Below, in pieces: positions 49,560-59,382 of a DNA stretch of 59,382 bases. The notes beneath the pieces are model-generated. The model saw only the letters and a program-made list of their open reading frames with translations, did not search any database and was not told the DNA's origin. Made by a program: the position numbers and the translations under genes. This stretch comes from an uncultured virus (IMG/VR IMGVR_UViG_3300025889_000077) (taxonomy: Duplodnaviria; Heunggongvirae; Uroviricota; Caudoviricetes): the IMG/VR virus record IMGVR_UViG_3300025889_000077; one strand, given 5' to 3'. Every line of letters starts with the position of its first letter. Position 1 is the stretch's first letter.

Positions 49560-49922
49560 GTGAGAATCTATATTATAATAGCGATAGTATTAATCATAGG
49601 CGCTGCTTCGGGCGGCGTCTATTATATGCAAAAACGTATTGAAAATCTCGCGTCATTGAATGCCCAGTTGGTTCAGAAAAATGAATCACTTATTACGACC
49701 GTAGATTTCCTTCAGAAGTCCGCGAAAGAACAAGAAGAACGAATAAATAATCTTACGATAGACCTTCAAAATGCTGATGAAGGTTTAGTTGAATTGAGAA
49801 AAATTTTAGCAGATCACGATTTAACAAGACTCGCGATTGAGAAACCTGGTCTTATAGAGAATAGGATAAATGATGGCACTAAAAAAGTATTTGATGATAT
49901 CATTTCTGATACCGTTAATTAG
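49560..49922 (+). CDS. i-spanin-like protein
   Basis: N-terminal TM segment, coiled coil, KPGLIE..IN; overlaps a lipoprotein gene. Confidence 0.7.
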   Translation: MRIYIIIAIVLIIGAASGGVYYMQKRIENLASLNAQLVQKNESLITTVDFLQKSAKEQEERINNLTIDLQNADEGLVELRKILADHDLTRLAIEKPGLIENRINDGTKKVFDDIISDTVN

Positions 49923-50217
49923 TGGGTGTACAGAAAAACCTCCTGTAGATATCGATCCCATTGTTCAAAAACCTATCGCGATTCAGCCTCGCCCTAAACC
50001 CGTTTCTTTGAATGATGTAAAATTTTTTGTTGTCACCGAAGAAAATCTGGATGAGTTCATTACAGAATTCAAGAAGAAAAATCTTCAGTTGGTATTTGTG
50101 GCAATGTCTGTTCGCGATTATGAAAACATTTCGTTGAATGTTCAGGAACTTCGTCGTTATATCAAGCAACAAAAAAGTATCATTGTTTACTACGAAGAAT
50201 CCATAAAAACACAATAA
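49870..50217 (+). CDS. o-spanin-like lipoprotein
   Basis: LISGC lipobox, Pro-rich linker. Confidence 0.7.
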   Translation: MMALKKYLMISFLIPLISGCTEKPPVDIDPIVQKPIAIQPRPKPVSLNDVKFFVVTEENLDEFITEFKKKNLQLVFVAMSVRDYENISLNVQELRRYIKQQKSIIVYYEESIKTQ

Positions 50218-50313
50218 CATTTTGTTACAAGAGCATCACATACTACAATATGTGATGGTTTTCCTTATATATACTATTTTCGTCTTATAACCCATCCAGA
50301 GGAGTACCCTTTC

Positions 50314-52542
50314 ATGCTCAAAGTCGTCTCAAATCACAAAGACTACGATACCCGTAATATCATGTCACAAACCAAGTTTTACGAAGGGTATAGTAGATGG
50401 GACGATACTAAAGAACGATATGAGACTTGGGAAGAAGCCGTCACTCGCGTTATGAATATGCATCGCGGTTTCTACAAAGAGAAAATGACACCCGCACTTT
50501 CTCGGTTGATTGATGAAGCGGAATCTTATTATAAACTGAAATATGTTCTTGGCGCACAAAGAGCATTACAGTTCGGCGGCGATCAGATTCTCAAGCACAT
50601 GATGAGAATGTACAATTGCACCTCCACATATGCGGATCGGCCTCGGTTCTTCTCTGAACTTTTCTATGTACTTCTATGCGGTGCTGGTGCGGGCTTCTCT
50701 GTTCAAAAACATCATGTTAATAAACTTCCGAACATTCAAGAACGCAAGAAACAAGCAAAAGGTTGGGAAGTCGCAGATTCTATTGAAGGTTGGGCAGACG
50801 CTCTTGGTGTTCTTCTTTCATCTTATTTTGTTGGGGGTGGTCAGTTTCCAGATTTTGAAGGTCGTCGTGTTTATTTTGACCTGTCAAAGATTCGTCCAAA
50901 AGGTGCAATGATTTCTGGAGGATTCAAGGCACCTGGACCAGAACCACTTCGCAGATCACTTGACAAGATTGAACATTTGATTCAAACAAGAATCTTCAAG
51001 GGTGAAACAAAACTTCGTCCTATTGATGTTTATGATATTGCCATGCACGCCGCTGATGCCGTTCTTGCTGGCGGTGTTCGTAGGTCTGCCACAATCTGTT
51101 TATTCTCGGCAGACGATGAAGAAATGACAAAGGCAAAAACTGGTAATTGGTTTGAAGAGAATCCACAAAGAGGTCGATCAAACAACTCTGCCGTGATTGT
51201 AAGAGATGAAATCACAAGAGATCAGTTCAAGAAAATCATGGGATCTATCAAAGAGTTTGGCGAACCCGGCTTCTTCTTTGTGGACGACAAAGACTTTACG
51301 ACAAACCCTTGTGTGGAAATCGGCATGTATCCTCAGATTGATGGTGTGTCGGGATGGCAAGGTTGTAATCTCACCGAAATCAACGGATCAAAATGCACGA
51401 CAAAAGAAGAGTTCTTCAAAGCGTGTCGTGCTGGTTCGATTCTTGGCACACTTCAAGCAGGTTACACAGAGTTCAAATATCTAGATGAAACTTCAAAGAA
51501 AATCTTTGATCGTGAAGCACTATTAGGTGTGTCTGTTACGGGTTGGATGAATAGCCCTGAAGTTCTTTTGAATGAAAATATTCAAAAAGAAGGTGCTGCT
51601 ATTGTAAATCAAGTGAACGAAGAGGTCTCTCAATTGATTGGTATCAATCCTGCTGCAAGAACCACTTGTGTGAAACCTTCTGGTAATGCTTCTGTTCTTC
51701 TTCAAACCGCTTCTGGTATTCATGCCGAACATTCTCCTCGGTATATTCGTAATGTTCAACTGAATAAAGAGTCTGAAGTTGCTCAACTGATCGCCGAAAC
51801 AAATCCATATATGGTAGAAGATTCGATTTGGTCCAACAATCATACAGATTATTGCGTTTCGTTTCCTGTCGTTTCGCCTGAGAATGCTATCTTCAAGAAT
51901 GAAGTCTATGGTAAAAATTTGTTAGAAAAAGTCAAACTTGTCCAACAGAACTGGGTAGAAGCAGGCACGAACAAAGATCGTTGTGCCGATTCGAGATTGC
52001 GTCATAATGTTTCAAATACCGTTACTGTTCTTCCACATCAATGGTCCGAAGTAGAAGATTATGTATTTGATAATCGGCATTACTTTGCTGGCATTTCATT
52101 CTTGGCAAACTCTGGCGATAAAGATTTTGCTCAAGCACCATTTACTGAAGTTCTTACAGCACATGAAATTCTGAGTAAGTATGGTGATGCGGCATTCTTT
52201 GCGTCCGGTCTTGCAGCAGAAGCACCAAAAGCAAACTTCAGAGATTTGTGGGATGCTTGTAGTTATGCCGCATATAATGATGTTTCGCATGGAGAAATCT
52301 CTGATTTGAGAAAAGAATGGGTTCGTAGATTCCATAAGTTCGCTGAAAACTATTTCATGGGTGATACAGAAATGGCTGGGCATTGTCTGAAAGATGTTCA
52401 TCTTCTCCATCGCTGGACCAAGATTCAACAAAATCTTTCTCCGATTGATTTTGATAATCAACTGAACGAGAAAAGATTTACAGATATAGATACCATGGGT
52501 TCTTCCGCTTGTGTCGGAGGGGTCTGTGAGATTTCTTTTTGA
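50314..52542 (+). CDS. nrdJ: Class II (B12-dependent) ribonucleotide reductase
   Basis: YNC, GGVRRSA, TNPCVEI, CNLTE, KPSG, C-terminal ACVGGVCE; no nrdB in window. Confidence 0.9.
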   Translation: MLKVVSNHKDYDTRNIMSQTKFYEGYSRWDDTKERYETWEEAVTRVMNMHRGFYKEKMTPALSRLIDEAESYYKLKYVLGAQRALQFGGDQILKHMMRMYNCTSTYADRPRFFSELFYVLLCGAGAGFSVQKHHVNKLPNIQERKKQAKGWEVADSIEGWADALGVLLSSYFVGGGQFPDFEGRRVYFDLSKIRPKGAMISGGFKAPGPEPLRRSLDKIEHLIQTRIFKGETKLRPIDVYDIAMHAADAVLAGGVRRSATICLFSADDEEMTKAKTGNWFEENPQRGRSNNSAVIVRDEITRDQFKKIMGSIKEFGEPGFFFVDDKDFTTNPCVEIGMYPQIDGVSGWQGCNLTEINGSKCTTKEEFFKACRAGSILGTLQAGYTEFKYLDETSKKIFDREALLGVSVTGWMNSPEVLLNENIQKEGAAIVNQVNEEVSQLIGINPAARTTCVKPSGNASVLLQTASGIHAEHSPRYIRNVQLNKESEVAQLIAETNPYMVEDSIWSNNHTDYCVSFPVVSPENAIFKNEVYGKNLLEKVKLVQQNWVEAGTNKDRCADSRLRHNVSNTVTVLPHQWSEVEDYVFDNRHYFAGISFLANSGDKDFAQAPFTEVLTAHEILSKYGDAAFFASGLAAEAPKANFRDLWDACSYAAYNDVSHGEISDLRKEWVRRFHKFAENYFMGDTEMAGHCLKDVHLLHRWTKIQQNLSPIDFDNQLNEKRFTDIDTMGSSACVGGVCEISF

Positions 52543-52549
52543 GGAATAA

Positions 52550-52696
52550 ATGAAGAGAAGTTACTACAATCTAGAATGTGATAGATGTGCTACAGAAACG
52601 ACCATTGTCGTGGATAATAGTAATGAGGAACCAGTCTATTGTCCCATATGTGGTAACGAAGCATATGCTACATTAGAGGATGAAGATGAAGAATAG
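52550..52696 (+). CDS. Small zinc-ribbon protein
   Basis: CDRC...CPICG; GAGG RBS. Confidence 0.7.
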   Translation: MKRSYYNLECDRCATETTIVVDNSNEEPVYCPICGNEAYATLEDEDEE

Positions 52697-53112
52697 TGTG
52701 GTATTACCAAAATAAAGTATTTACTTCCGATGATATTGATGATAATATAGGTTTTGTGTATGAGATAACAAATACACAGAATCACATGAAATATATCGGA
52801 AAGAAAAACTTTTGGTCCACACGAAAACTTCCCCCTCTCAAAGGTAAAACCAGAAAACGCACAGTCGTAAAAGAATCCGACTGGCAAGATTATTTTGGTT
52901 CTTCCGAAGAAGTGAAGTTACTTGTAGAACAGCACGGCTCCGATATATTTCACAGAGAGATATTACACTTGTGTAAATCAAAAGGTGAAATGAGTTATAT
53001 GGAAGCAAAACTTCAGTTTGATTTTGAAGTGTTACTAAAAGACGACTACTATAATGGCATCATAAACTGCCGAATCAATAAATCTCATGTAAAAGATTTG
53101 AGAAGAAAGTGA
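52696..53112 (+). CDS. GIY-YIG-like endonuclease
   Basis: GFVY.IT.....YIGKK, Y.GSS, YYN. Confidence 0.8.
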   Translation: MWYYQNKVFTSDDIDDNIGFVYEITNTQNHMKYIGKKNFWSTRKLPPLKGKTRKRTVVKESDWQDYFGSSEEVKLLVEQHGSDIFHREILHLCKSKGEMSYMEAKLQFDFEVLLKDDYYNGIINCRINKSHVKDLRRK

Positions 53113-53121
53113 AAATATACT

Positions 53122-54210
53122 ATGAGAATCGAACCAGATATCAAACTTGATTATAACAATGTTCTTATTCGTCCCAAGCGTAGTAAACTTGGTTCAAGAA
53201 AAGAAGTTGATCTTTTTAGAACATTTGAAACTTTAGAGTACAAAGGTGTTCCTATCATGGCAGCCAACATGGACGGTGTTGGCACATTTGAAATGGCAGA
53301 TGAACTTGCTAATCTAGGAATGTTCACTTGTCTTATAAAAACATATTCAGTCAATCAACTTGTGGGTTTCTTTGATGCTACTGCATTTGGTCATAGAAAG
53401 GATCATGTGGCAATGAGTATCGGCATTACGCATGATGATGAAATGAAGTTTCGTAATGTGTATGAACAAGTAGGCGATGCGCTTCGGTATGTTTGTATTG
53501 ACGTTGCAAACGGATATAGTGAACGATTTGTAGACTTCGTAAGAAACTTTCACAGAAACTATTCTAATATCACAATCATTGCTGGCAACGTAGTTACTGC
53601 GGATCAAACACAGGAGTTAATTCTAAATGGCGCAGACATTATCAAAGTTGGTATCGGCCCTGGTTCTGTATGCACGACTAGAATCCAAACCGGTGTGGGT
53701 TATCCGCAGTTATCTGCTGTTATTGAGTGCGCAGATGCTGCTCATGGTCTTGGAGGTCATATTATTGCTGACGGGGGCTGTACGTGCCCTGGTGATGTAG
53801 CAAAAGCATTTGCTGCTGGTGCAGATTTCGTGATGTTAGGCGGTATGCTTGCTGGACACGATGAAGGTGGTGGTGAAGTAATCAACAGAGCATTTAAGAC
53901 TGGTGAAATACATTATGACACTGGTGAAGAAATAGTAGAAGCAAAACAGTTTGTACAGTTCTACGGTATGAGTTCAAAGGCAGCAAACGAAAAGCACTTT
54001 GGAGGGTTAAAAGATTATCGTGCCAGCGAAGGGCGCGATGTATTAGTATCATATCGCGGACCAGTGTCGGTTACAGTTCAAGAGATATTGGGTGGTATTA
54101 GAAGTACCTGCACCTATGTCGGCGCAAGTACTCTTAAACAACTTAGCAAGTGTACAACTTTTATTCGGTGTAATGACACCCACAACCGAATTTACGAAAG
54201 TTCAAAATGA
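53122..54210 (+). CDS. guaC: GMP reductase
   Basis: AANMDGVG, DVANGYSE, GIGPGSVCTTR, FYGMSS, YRASEG, RSTCTY. Confidence 0.95.
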   Translation: MRIEPDIKLDYNNVLIRPKRSKLGSRKEVDLFRTFETLEYKGVPIMAANMDGVGTFEMADELANLGMFTCLIKTYSVNQLVGFFDATAFGHRKDHVAMSIGITHDDEMKFRNVYEQVGDALRYVCIDVANGYSERFVDFVRNFHRNYSNITIIAGNVVTADQTQELILNGADIIKVGIGPGSVCTTRIQTGVGYPQLSAVIECADAAHGLGGHIIADGGCTCPGDVAKAFAAGADFVMLGGMLAGHDEGGGEVINRAFKTGEIHYDTGEEIVEAKQFVQFYGMSSKAANEKHFGGLKDYRASEGRDVLVSYRGPVSVTVQEILGGIRSTCTYVGASTLKQLSKCTTFIRCNDTHNRIYESSK

Positions 54211-54644
54211 GGTCCATCAATAAATGGGCGTCTACCTTGACTTCTTCTTTCGTCAATATAAGAATTCATTGCTTCAGCCATTGATCCATCCCATTCTGTG
54301 ATATCAGGAACAGTCCAAGCAGCACCCCATTTAATGGAGACATTCTGTTCTTGTGCCGCTTTTTTCATGGCATCAGCAATATCGTCATAGAGATTGAGTT
54401 CCCAAGCAATATCATTACCAACATATGCGACAAGATCAACAGCATTACCTTCAATATGCTTTGATTTCATTGTTTGGGATTTACCAGCAGCAACAAGTTC
54501 TTTTTGTCTTTCAATAGACCTAAGACCTTCTGTTACTCCAAAATCCACTTTGGTAAGTTCGATTGCTCTTTTCACTACGTTCACAAGTTTAGGATTCACG
54601 CCTTCAAGTTTTGCGAGTGATCTTTTTGATAGTTTATAAGCCAT
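54192..54644 (-). CDS. M15-family L-Ala-D-Glu peptidase endolysin
   Basis: EGLRS..RQ, SKH..G.AVD, WG..W, DGPHFEL. Confidence 0.9.
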   Translation of the reverse strand: MAYKLSKRSLAKLEGVNPKLVNVVKRAIELTKVDFGVTEGLRSIERQKELVAAGKSQTMKSKHIEGNAVDLVAYVGNDIAWELNLYDDIADAMKKAAQEQNVSIKWGAAWTVPDITEWDGSMAEAMNSYIDERRSQGRRPFIDGPHFELS

Positions 54645-54659
54645 AATATTTCTCCTTGT

Positions 54660-56393
54660 TTATGCCGACACGCCATTATTACTGTGGAATGGTGTGTTGT
54701 AATTATCATTATTACTTCCACTTATATATGTGTTGGATGAACTTGTATTGTATGATTGCGACACGTTGTTGTTTCCTGTGACGGTAGGCATTATCGTCAT
54801 TGAACCACGAGCAATATCCCATTGCATTTCAGACATTAAAGCGGCTTTTGTAAGACCTGGGACAGAATTATTTGTTACCTGATAACTTATGGGACTTATT
54901 GATGGTCCAAGAAATTTTTTTAGTTCGTCTTGTGCCTCTGAGTCAGGAACCCCAGGGTAGAGTGGAATGAGTTGCTCCTGACTCGGATAAAGTCGATCAG
55001 GTTGACCTTCCAGTCCGTTATTGGGGTTTGGAATTTCTTCATTTCCCAATGCTCTTTTTCCAACATTTTTAGGATCGAAAAGCCCCGTTGCTTTAGAATC
55101 GGCGATCCATTTTTCCAAGTCTTCTAAGGTTTGCGCTCTTGTTTCGGGATCCGCTAGTCTATCCGCCCAGTATGTCGCCATGCCTGGAGCAATTCCTTTG
55201 GTCAATGTCGTCGGATCAATAATGCCTTCTAATTCGGGCATTTCTTTGTAAAGCATATCTAATGCCGATTCTTGCTTATTTATTGCTTTTTTAAATAATA
55301 ATACAGTCCCTCCTGTTACTGCCGCAACAAGTGCCGCAATTATTAAAGGTCCCGACATTGCACCTAAAATTGCCGCGACGAAGGTTTTGGTAAACGCACC
55401 TACAGCCGTTGCTATAGCACCACCTGCTGCTAACCCAGTAGTTATCGCTGAAGACACAGCACCTATGACTAAACTTCCCGCCCAGTTAAAAGCCGCAATG
55501 CCCCCTAAAATTCCTTGCGAAATAACTCCGGTCGCAACGACTAGCGCCTTGTATGGAAGAGTGCCGATGGCGAAAAGTCCTTTCCAAAAACCAGCCGTCG
55601 CCATCGCTGCGCCAAGATTCCAAAGAAATCCTCCGGCAGCGGTCAACGCCATTTTTCCTAAAATTGCGATTGCAATCGCACCCGCTATTGCCCCCGTGCC
55701 ACTTTCTATCAAATCTTTATTTTCTTGACTAATATTATTCCATATATTTGTTTCTGTTATACCAAGTTTATCAAGGATCCATTCACCACCAGCTTCCGTC
55801 CCCTCAGGGAAATAATAACTAAGTACCGCTGCTATTATTGCGATAGGTAATCCTAAAAATGGAGTCAGGAGCGCCCCAATTTTCAACGCATCAAACATTT
55901 TATCTTTTTTTGCATCCAATTCTTTTTTTGCTTCTGGCGATAGTCCTTCACCATCACCCATAATATAATCTACTAGAGATCCCCCCATATAATTTGCTAA
56001 TGCCAATAACAAACCACCTTTTATCAATTTCCCAGCAAGCATAGTCAAAAAACCAAGAGCAAAAGTCCCACCATGAAATAGTTTACCCAGACCGGCACCA
56101 GCAGCATCCACTCCTGCTAATGCAGTATCACCAACAAGACCTCGCATGAATTGACCACCAAAACTACCTTGTCTTTTTTCTTTTGCCGCTTCTCTTGCGT
56201 CCTCAAGTCGCTGTAGAAATCCTTTTTTTTCTTCTGATCTTCGAGTCTTCGCTTCCTCTGCGGCCGCTCTACCTTGAGATATGATTGCATTCACAAGCCC
56301 TTTTATATTAGAACTCATATTAGTCAGAATATTATTCTGTGTCTTCAAATCCGACACTACATTATCTAAATTGGTTTTTGATTCTTCTGCCAT
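54660..56393 (-). CDS. Tape measure / gp29-like protein
   Basis: 577 aa, Ala/Gly-rich with hydrophobic stretches, downstream of the chaperone genes. Confidence 0.65.
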   Translation of the reverse strand: MAEESKTNLDNVVSDLKTQNNILTNMSSNIKGLVNAIISQGRAAAEEAKTRRSEEKKGFLQRLEDAREAAKEKRQGSFGGQFMRGLVGDTALAGVDAAGAGLGKLFHGGTFALGFLTMLAGKLIKGGLLLALANYMGGSLVDYIMGDGEGLSPEAKKELDAKKDKMFDALKIGALLTPFLGLPIAIIAAVLSYYFPEGTEAGGEWILDKLGITETNIWNNISQENKDLIESGTGAIAGAIAIAILGKMALTAAGGFLWNLGAAMATAGFWKGLFAIGTLPYKALVVATGVISQGILGGIAAFNWAGSLVIGAVSSAITTGLAAGGAIATAVGAFTKTFVAAILGAMSGPLIIAALVAAVTGGTVLLFKKAINKQESALDMLYKEMPELEGIIDPTTLTKGIAPGMATYWADRLADPETRAQTLEDLEKWIADSKATGLFDPKNVGKRALGNEEIPNPNNGLEGQPDRLYPSQEQLIPLYPGVPDSEAQDELKKFLGPSISPISYQVTNNSVPGLTKAALMSEMQWDIARGSMTIMPTVTGNNNVSQSYNTSSSNTYISGSNNDNYNTPFHSNNGVSA

Positions 56394-56552
56394 TTAGGTC
56401 ATACCTTTTTGTTTTGCTTCTTGTTGTTTTAGGTCATTGATCAATAATTCAGTGTATATTTCTCTTTCCCAAGGCATCATCATGTCCAATTCGTCAAGTG
56501 AATAATGAAACTTTTGATTCAAAGTAAAGTTCATATTGTAATAGTTCACCAA
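56394..56552 (-). CDS. gp51-like baseplate hub assembly ORF (absent from supplied track)
   Basis: NYYNMNF.LNQKFHYSL.ELD.MMPWEREIY. Confidence 0.8.
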   Translation of the reverse strand: MVNYYNMNFTLNQKFHYSLDELDMMMPWEREIYTELLINDLKQQEAKQKGMT

Positions 56553-56569
56553 GGACTCATGCGAGAGGC

Positions 56570-57280
56570 CTAGAGAAAAAAATCAGCGATACCTTCCATT
56601 TTGACTTCGTTATGATGATTACATTTCTTACAATCAAACTTCACGGCATGGGCGAGTTTTGGAATCTCACGAATGAACACCGCGATATCTTCAAACTGCT
56701 TTGTGTTCATAGAGTCCAGAAACTTCTCAAGTTCTTCTTTCGTTTCGTCTAACAGGTTGATCACTTCATCTTTTGTTTTCAAAGTATTCAGGGAACCCAA
56801 AATCAAAGTGTAGAGCATTTCTGTTTCTGTCTTGATACCTTCTGATGCTCGAATCACATAATCATACGATGGGTATTTGAGAGTCAAAGTGTATTGGTCA
56901 TTTAGTTTGACACTTCTTTCTCCCATGTTTGGTTTCACTTCCATCTTCACATCATCAACATTGACTTTTATCTTGTTTGGTTCCTTACATTCCGAACATG
57001 ACATTTCTGCTTCAATGTTTTCGCCAACAGACTTACCGCGAAGTTGAAGGAACAGATATTCCATGTCAAATGTGGCGAGTTTCCGAATATTCAAATCAGG
57101 CATACAAGATTTCAGAATGTCGTTGATTGCTCCAACGATTTGCTTTAGGTCTCTTGTCTCAAGCGCCAAAAGAAGTATTTTCTGCTCCTTGACTAGAAAC
57201 GGCCGAAACCTTACTTCTTCTCCTGTAGATGGTAGTTTTGTTGTATAATGAGGTACCGCATTTATTACTGGTAAAGCCAT
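56570..57280 (-). CDS. Baseplate hub assembly protein (gp26-type annotation)
   Basis: RPFLVKEQKILL, FD.EYLFLQLR.KSVGE, two CxxC, EG..DFF. Confidence 0.85.
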   Translation of the reverse strand: MALPVINAVPHYTTKLPSTGEEVRFRPFLVKEQKILLLALETRDLKQIVGAINDILKSCMPDLNIRKLATFDMEYLFLQLRGKSVGENIEAEMSCSECKEPNKIKVNVDDVKMEVKPNMGERSVKLNDQYTLTLKYPSYDYVIRASEGIKTETEMLYTLILGSLNTLKTKDEVINLLDETKEELEKFLDSMNTKQFEDIAVFIREIPKLAHAVKFDCKKCNHHNEVKMEGIADFFL

Positions 57281-57296
57281 AATCTATTCATTCTCC

Positions 57297-57869
57297 TTAT
57301 AATATGGGTTTCCAATTTGTGTATGAAAAAGTCGCACTAAATTGTATATATTGATCGTTTATGTTATCATTTAATTCAATATCTGTGACTGTTGTGGGGA
57401 ACGCCTTGATCAGTTCAACACCATAAATTTTCATATCATCTGTCACAAGATTTACATCAAGCAGATTTCCGACATTGAACAGGGAAAAACTTGGACCTTT
57501 CTTCAACTGATATATCTTGATGGATCTCCTGTAGTTGACCGCATATTGTATCTGTTGATTCTCTTGATCTACCATAGCATTCTGCCAAGCATCAAAATAT
57601 CTCTTGACTTTATAGTCGTTCAAAAGTTTGAATGTCAAAGTTACATCGGGATCAATATAACCGTATGCCAGTTTCTCAACACGAATATTTGTTTGTCGGT
57701 CGTGTGTCATGATTTGACGACCCGGCAAAGCGGTCGAGTTACACAAAGTATTCAGCGTTGAAGAGTTCAATGTGCCTATGGAAGGCAATTCAACAAGATA
57801 CAAGTTTGGTAAAGCGAGGCCACTTGCTGCTCCGACTTCACTCTTTAGTTGTTCTATACTATTGACCAT
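57297..57869 (-). CDS. Tail tube initiator (gp54 / gp19-like fold)
   Basis: LPGRQI, YFDAWQ, AFPT.V, F.Y..W. Confidence 0.7.
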   Translation of the reverse strand: MVNSIEQLKSEVGAASGLALPNLYLVELPSIGTLNSSTLNTLCNSTALPGRQIMTHDRQTNIRVEKLAYGYIDPDVTLTFKLLNDYKVKRYFDAWQNAMVDQENQQIQYAVNYRRSIKIYQLKKGPSFSLFNVGNLLDVNLVTDDMKIYGVELIKAFPTTVTDIELNDNINDQYIQFSATFSYTNWKPIL

Positions 57870-58481
57870 TTATCCTACCATCTTTCTTGAATCGTGGAAT
57901 ACTTGCCACGAAGTCTGTTTCTGCCAATGCGCCAATGGCAAGAATGCCGCGATTTCCCAATCTTCTGGATTCACGACCGCAAACTGGCTCTTTGTATGAT
58001 TCCATAGATACCTCTTGAAACATGGTTTGAACGCATCATATTTAGAAGATGCTGCTAATAGTTTGTATGATGCCTTGATTCTTGTGGATTCGTCAAATTT
58101 ATTATTGTTTGTAATATCCATCAAAGCATCCATTAGTTGACCTCTCAAGTCTGGCGGCAAATAATGTAGATTGAGTCCCGTAAAACCACCCTTTGCGTAA
58201 TCCATTGCTACAATCAAAGGGAATTTATCCCAGTACGGTAAAGTGTCTTTATATTTAGCATCATAAAAGAACATCATGATCGTTCCAGGTGTGTATCTTA
58301 TACGACCTGGAAGAAACTTTCGTAATGAAGAATATTCGCTCTTTGTTTCCCGAAAGACCTGTTGCCGATCCGCCGAGAACATATTCTTCACTCTGTTCCG
58401 ATACCATTCTCTCGCCTCTACAGTCTTTGGCTTGAGACCGTTTTTGAATGCTTCGTCTTTGATTTTCTTGTAGATTGACAT
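57870..58481 (-). CDS. gp2: DNA end protector protein
   Basis: YDAKYKDTLPYWD.FPL, GLNLHYLP, KPCFKRYL; minus-strand late TATAAATA at 58503-58510. Confidence 0.92.
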   Translation of the reverse strand: MSIYKKIKDEAFKNGLKPKTVEAREWYRNRVKNMFSADRQQVFRETKSEYSSLRKFLPGRIRYTPGTIMMFFYDAKYKDTLPYWDKFPLIVAMDYAKGGFTGLNLHYLPPDLRGQLMDALMDITNNNKFDESTRIKASYKLLAASSKYDAFKPCFKRYLWNHTKSQFAVVNPEDWEIAAFLPLAHWQKQTSWQVFHDSRKMVG

Positions 58482-58532
58482 TTGTTATCCTAAGTTTTTT
58501 AGTATTTATATCAAAAAAGTTCATTTTTCCTC

Positions 58533-58596
58533 TTGACGAATCACTTTCGAATGCTTATATTGGTAGTGTAAGAGAGAGAAAGAGAGAATCACCATG
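58533..58596 (+). promoter_or_regulatory. Early promoter/leader cassette copy
   Basis: TTGACG-17-TATATT; GTGTAAGAGAGAGAAAGAGAGAATCACCATG. Confidence 0.85.
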
Positions 58597-58941
58597 ACCG
58601 CTAACTTCACTATGGATGCCGCAATCGAAGTTCTCAAGCAAGAGATCATCACCGATTACGAAAACTGGCAGGGCAAGCGCCCCGAGAATCGGACCGAGAT
58701 TCATGCTCGGATGCTTGAAGATTTTATCAAAGGTCTGACCGACAAAGTTGGTTCGAAGTACATCAAGATTATCAGTAACAACTCGGTTTGGGGTTTTGTC
58801 GTCAACACTCACAACGACAAGATGTTTCGTTATGGCGACATCCTGAAAGCCGCGAATTGGGCAACACCTGCTCGGAACAAAGCACGGGGCAATGTCTTCG
58901 AAGACTACAGCATCGCTTGGACTGGTCCTCATTATCTGTGA
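58594..58941 (+). CDS. Early hypothetical protein
   Basis: KYIKI...SVWGFV...GDILKAA.W..PA.N.ARGN. Confidence 0.8.
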   Translation: MTANFTMDAAIEVLKQEIITDYENWQGKRPENRTEIHARMLEDFIKGLTDKVGSKYIKIISNNSVWGFVVNTHNDKMFRYGDILKAANWATPARNKARGNVFEDYSIAWTGPHYL

Positions 58942-58954
58942 TAGGAGAAAGAAA

Positions 58955-59278
58955 ATGAAAGTCACCGTACAACACATCAATCAAAACGAACTCACCGGCG
59001 CAGTCGAAGGTTTTACTGATGTTGCTGAAGTCAACGCTTGGGAGTTTGAAGATGTGAACGAGGCACTTGAATATGCCTATCGTTACACAAACAATGTTGA
59101 CGGTTCATGGAGTATGAAGATCGGATCTGATGCTAACGCCGATGTGACCGTTCTGGCTCCGCTTCATGTTTGTGCTGATGGTCGTCAAATGGGATTGCGT
59201 AGCACTTCAATGTTTGATCGTATGATCGCCAACGGCAAAACCTACAAAGTATCAATGGTTGGTTTCACGGAAATGTAA
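58955..59278 (+). CDS. Early hypothetical protein
   Basis: AGGAG RBS; TNN..GSW...RSTS..D....G..Y.V...GF. Confidence 0.7.
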   Translation: MKVTVQHINQNELTGAVEGFTDVAEVNAWEFEDVNEALEYAYRYTNNVDGSWSMKIGSDANADVTVLAPLHVCADGRQMGLRSTSMFDRMIANGKTYKVSMVGFTEM

Positions 59279-59382
59279 GGAGAAAACATGATTATCACTC
59301 GGCGGTCTATTCTCACAGGAGAAACGCACTCTTGGGATATTGGAGTCACGCAAGAACAACTAGACACTTGGAATAGTGGTAT

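Noticed and set aside
50210..50260. Possible NrdR boxes upstream of nrdJ
   Set aside because: Match to the consensus is weak by eye; only the CATCACATA/TATGTGATG inverted repeat is clear.

Overview
A 59 kb segment of a large, AT-rich T4-like myovirus genome. The host is most likely an alphaproteobacterium (Rhodobacteraceae-like), judged from the captured hisS/tyrS genes, a two-piece tmRNA and a class II RNR. The window runs from the replication module (gp44 end, gp62, gp43, uvsX, gp41) with interspersed metabolic genes (mazG, purS, nucleotide-sugar enzymes, thyX, phoH), through a GC-rich hisS/tyrS island flanked by a direct repeat, a permuted tmRNA, rnh and a tRNA cluster with several non-canonical tRNAs. 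It continues through early-promoter cassettes, a late block of capsid-targeted proteins, spanins, nrdJ and guaC, to a minus-strand tail/lysis block (gp2, gp54-like, chaperone, tape measure, endolysin). The best candidate for a new system is a pair of DUF4338 (DruA/Mom-like) paralogs; one is directly followed by an orphan, separately promoted, D-arm-reduced tRNA with glycine identity elements and a UGCGA T-loop, suggesting aminoacyl-tRNA-dependent DNA modification with a dedicated donor tRNA. All product calls come from motif recognition by eye; no database search was run.
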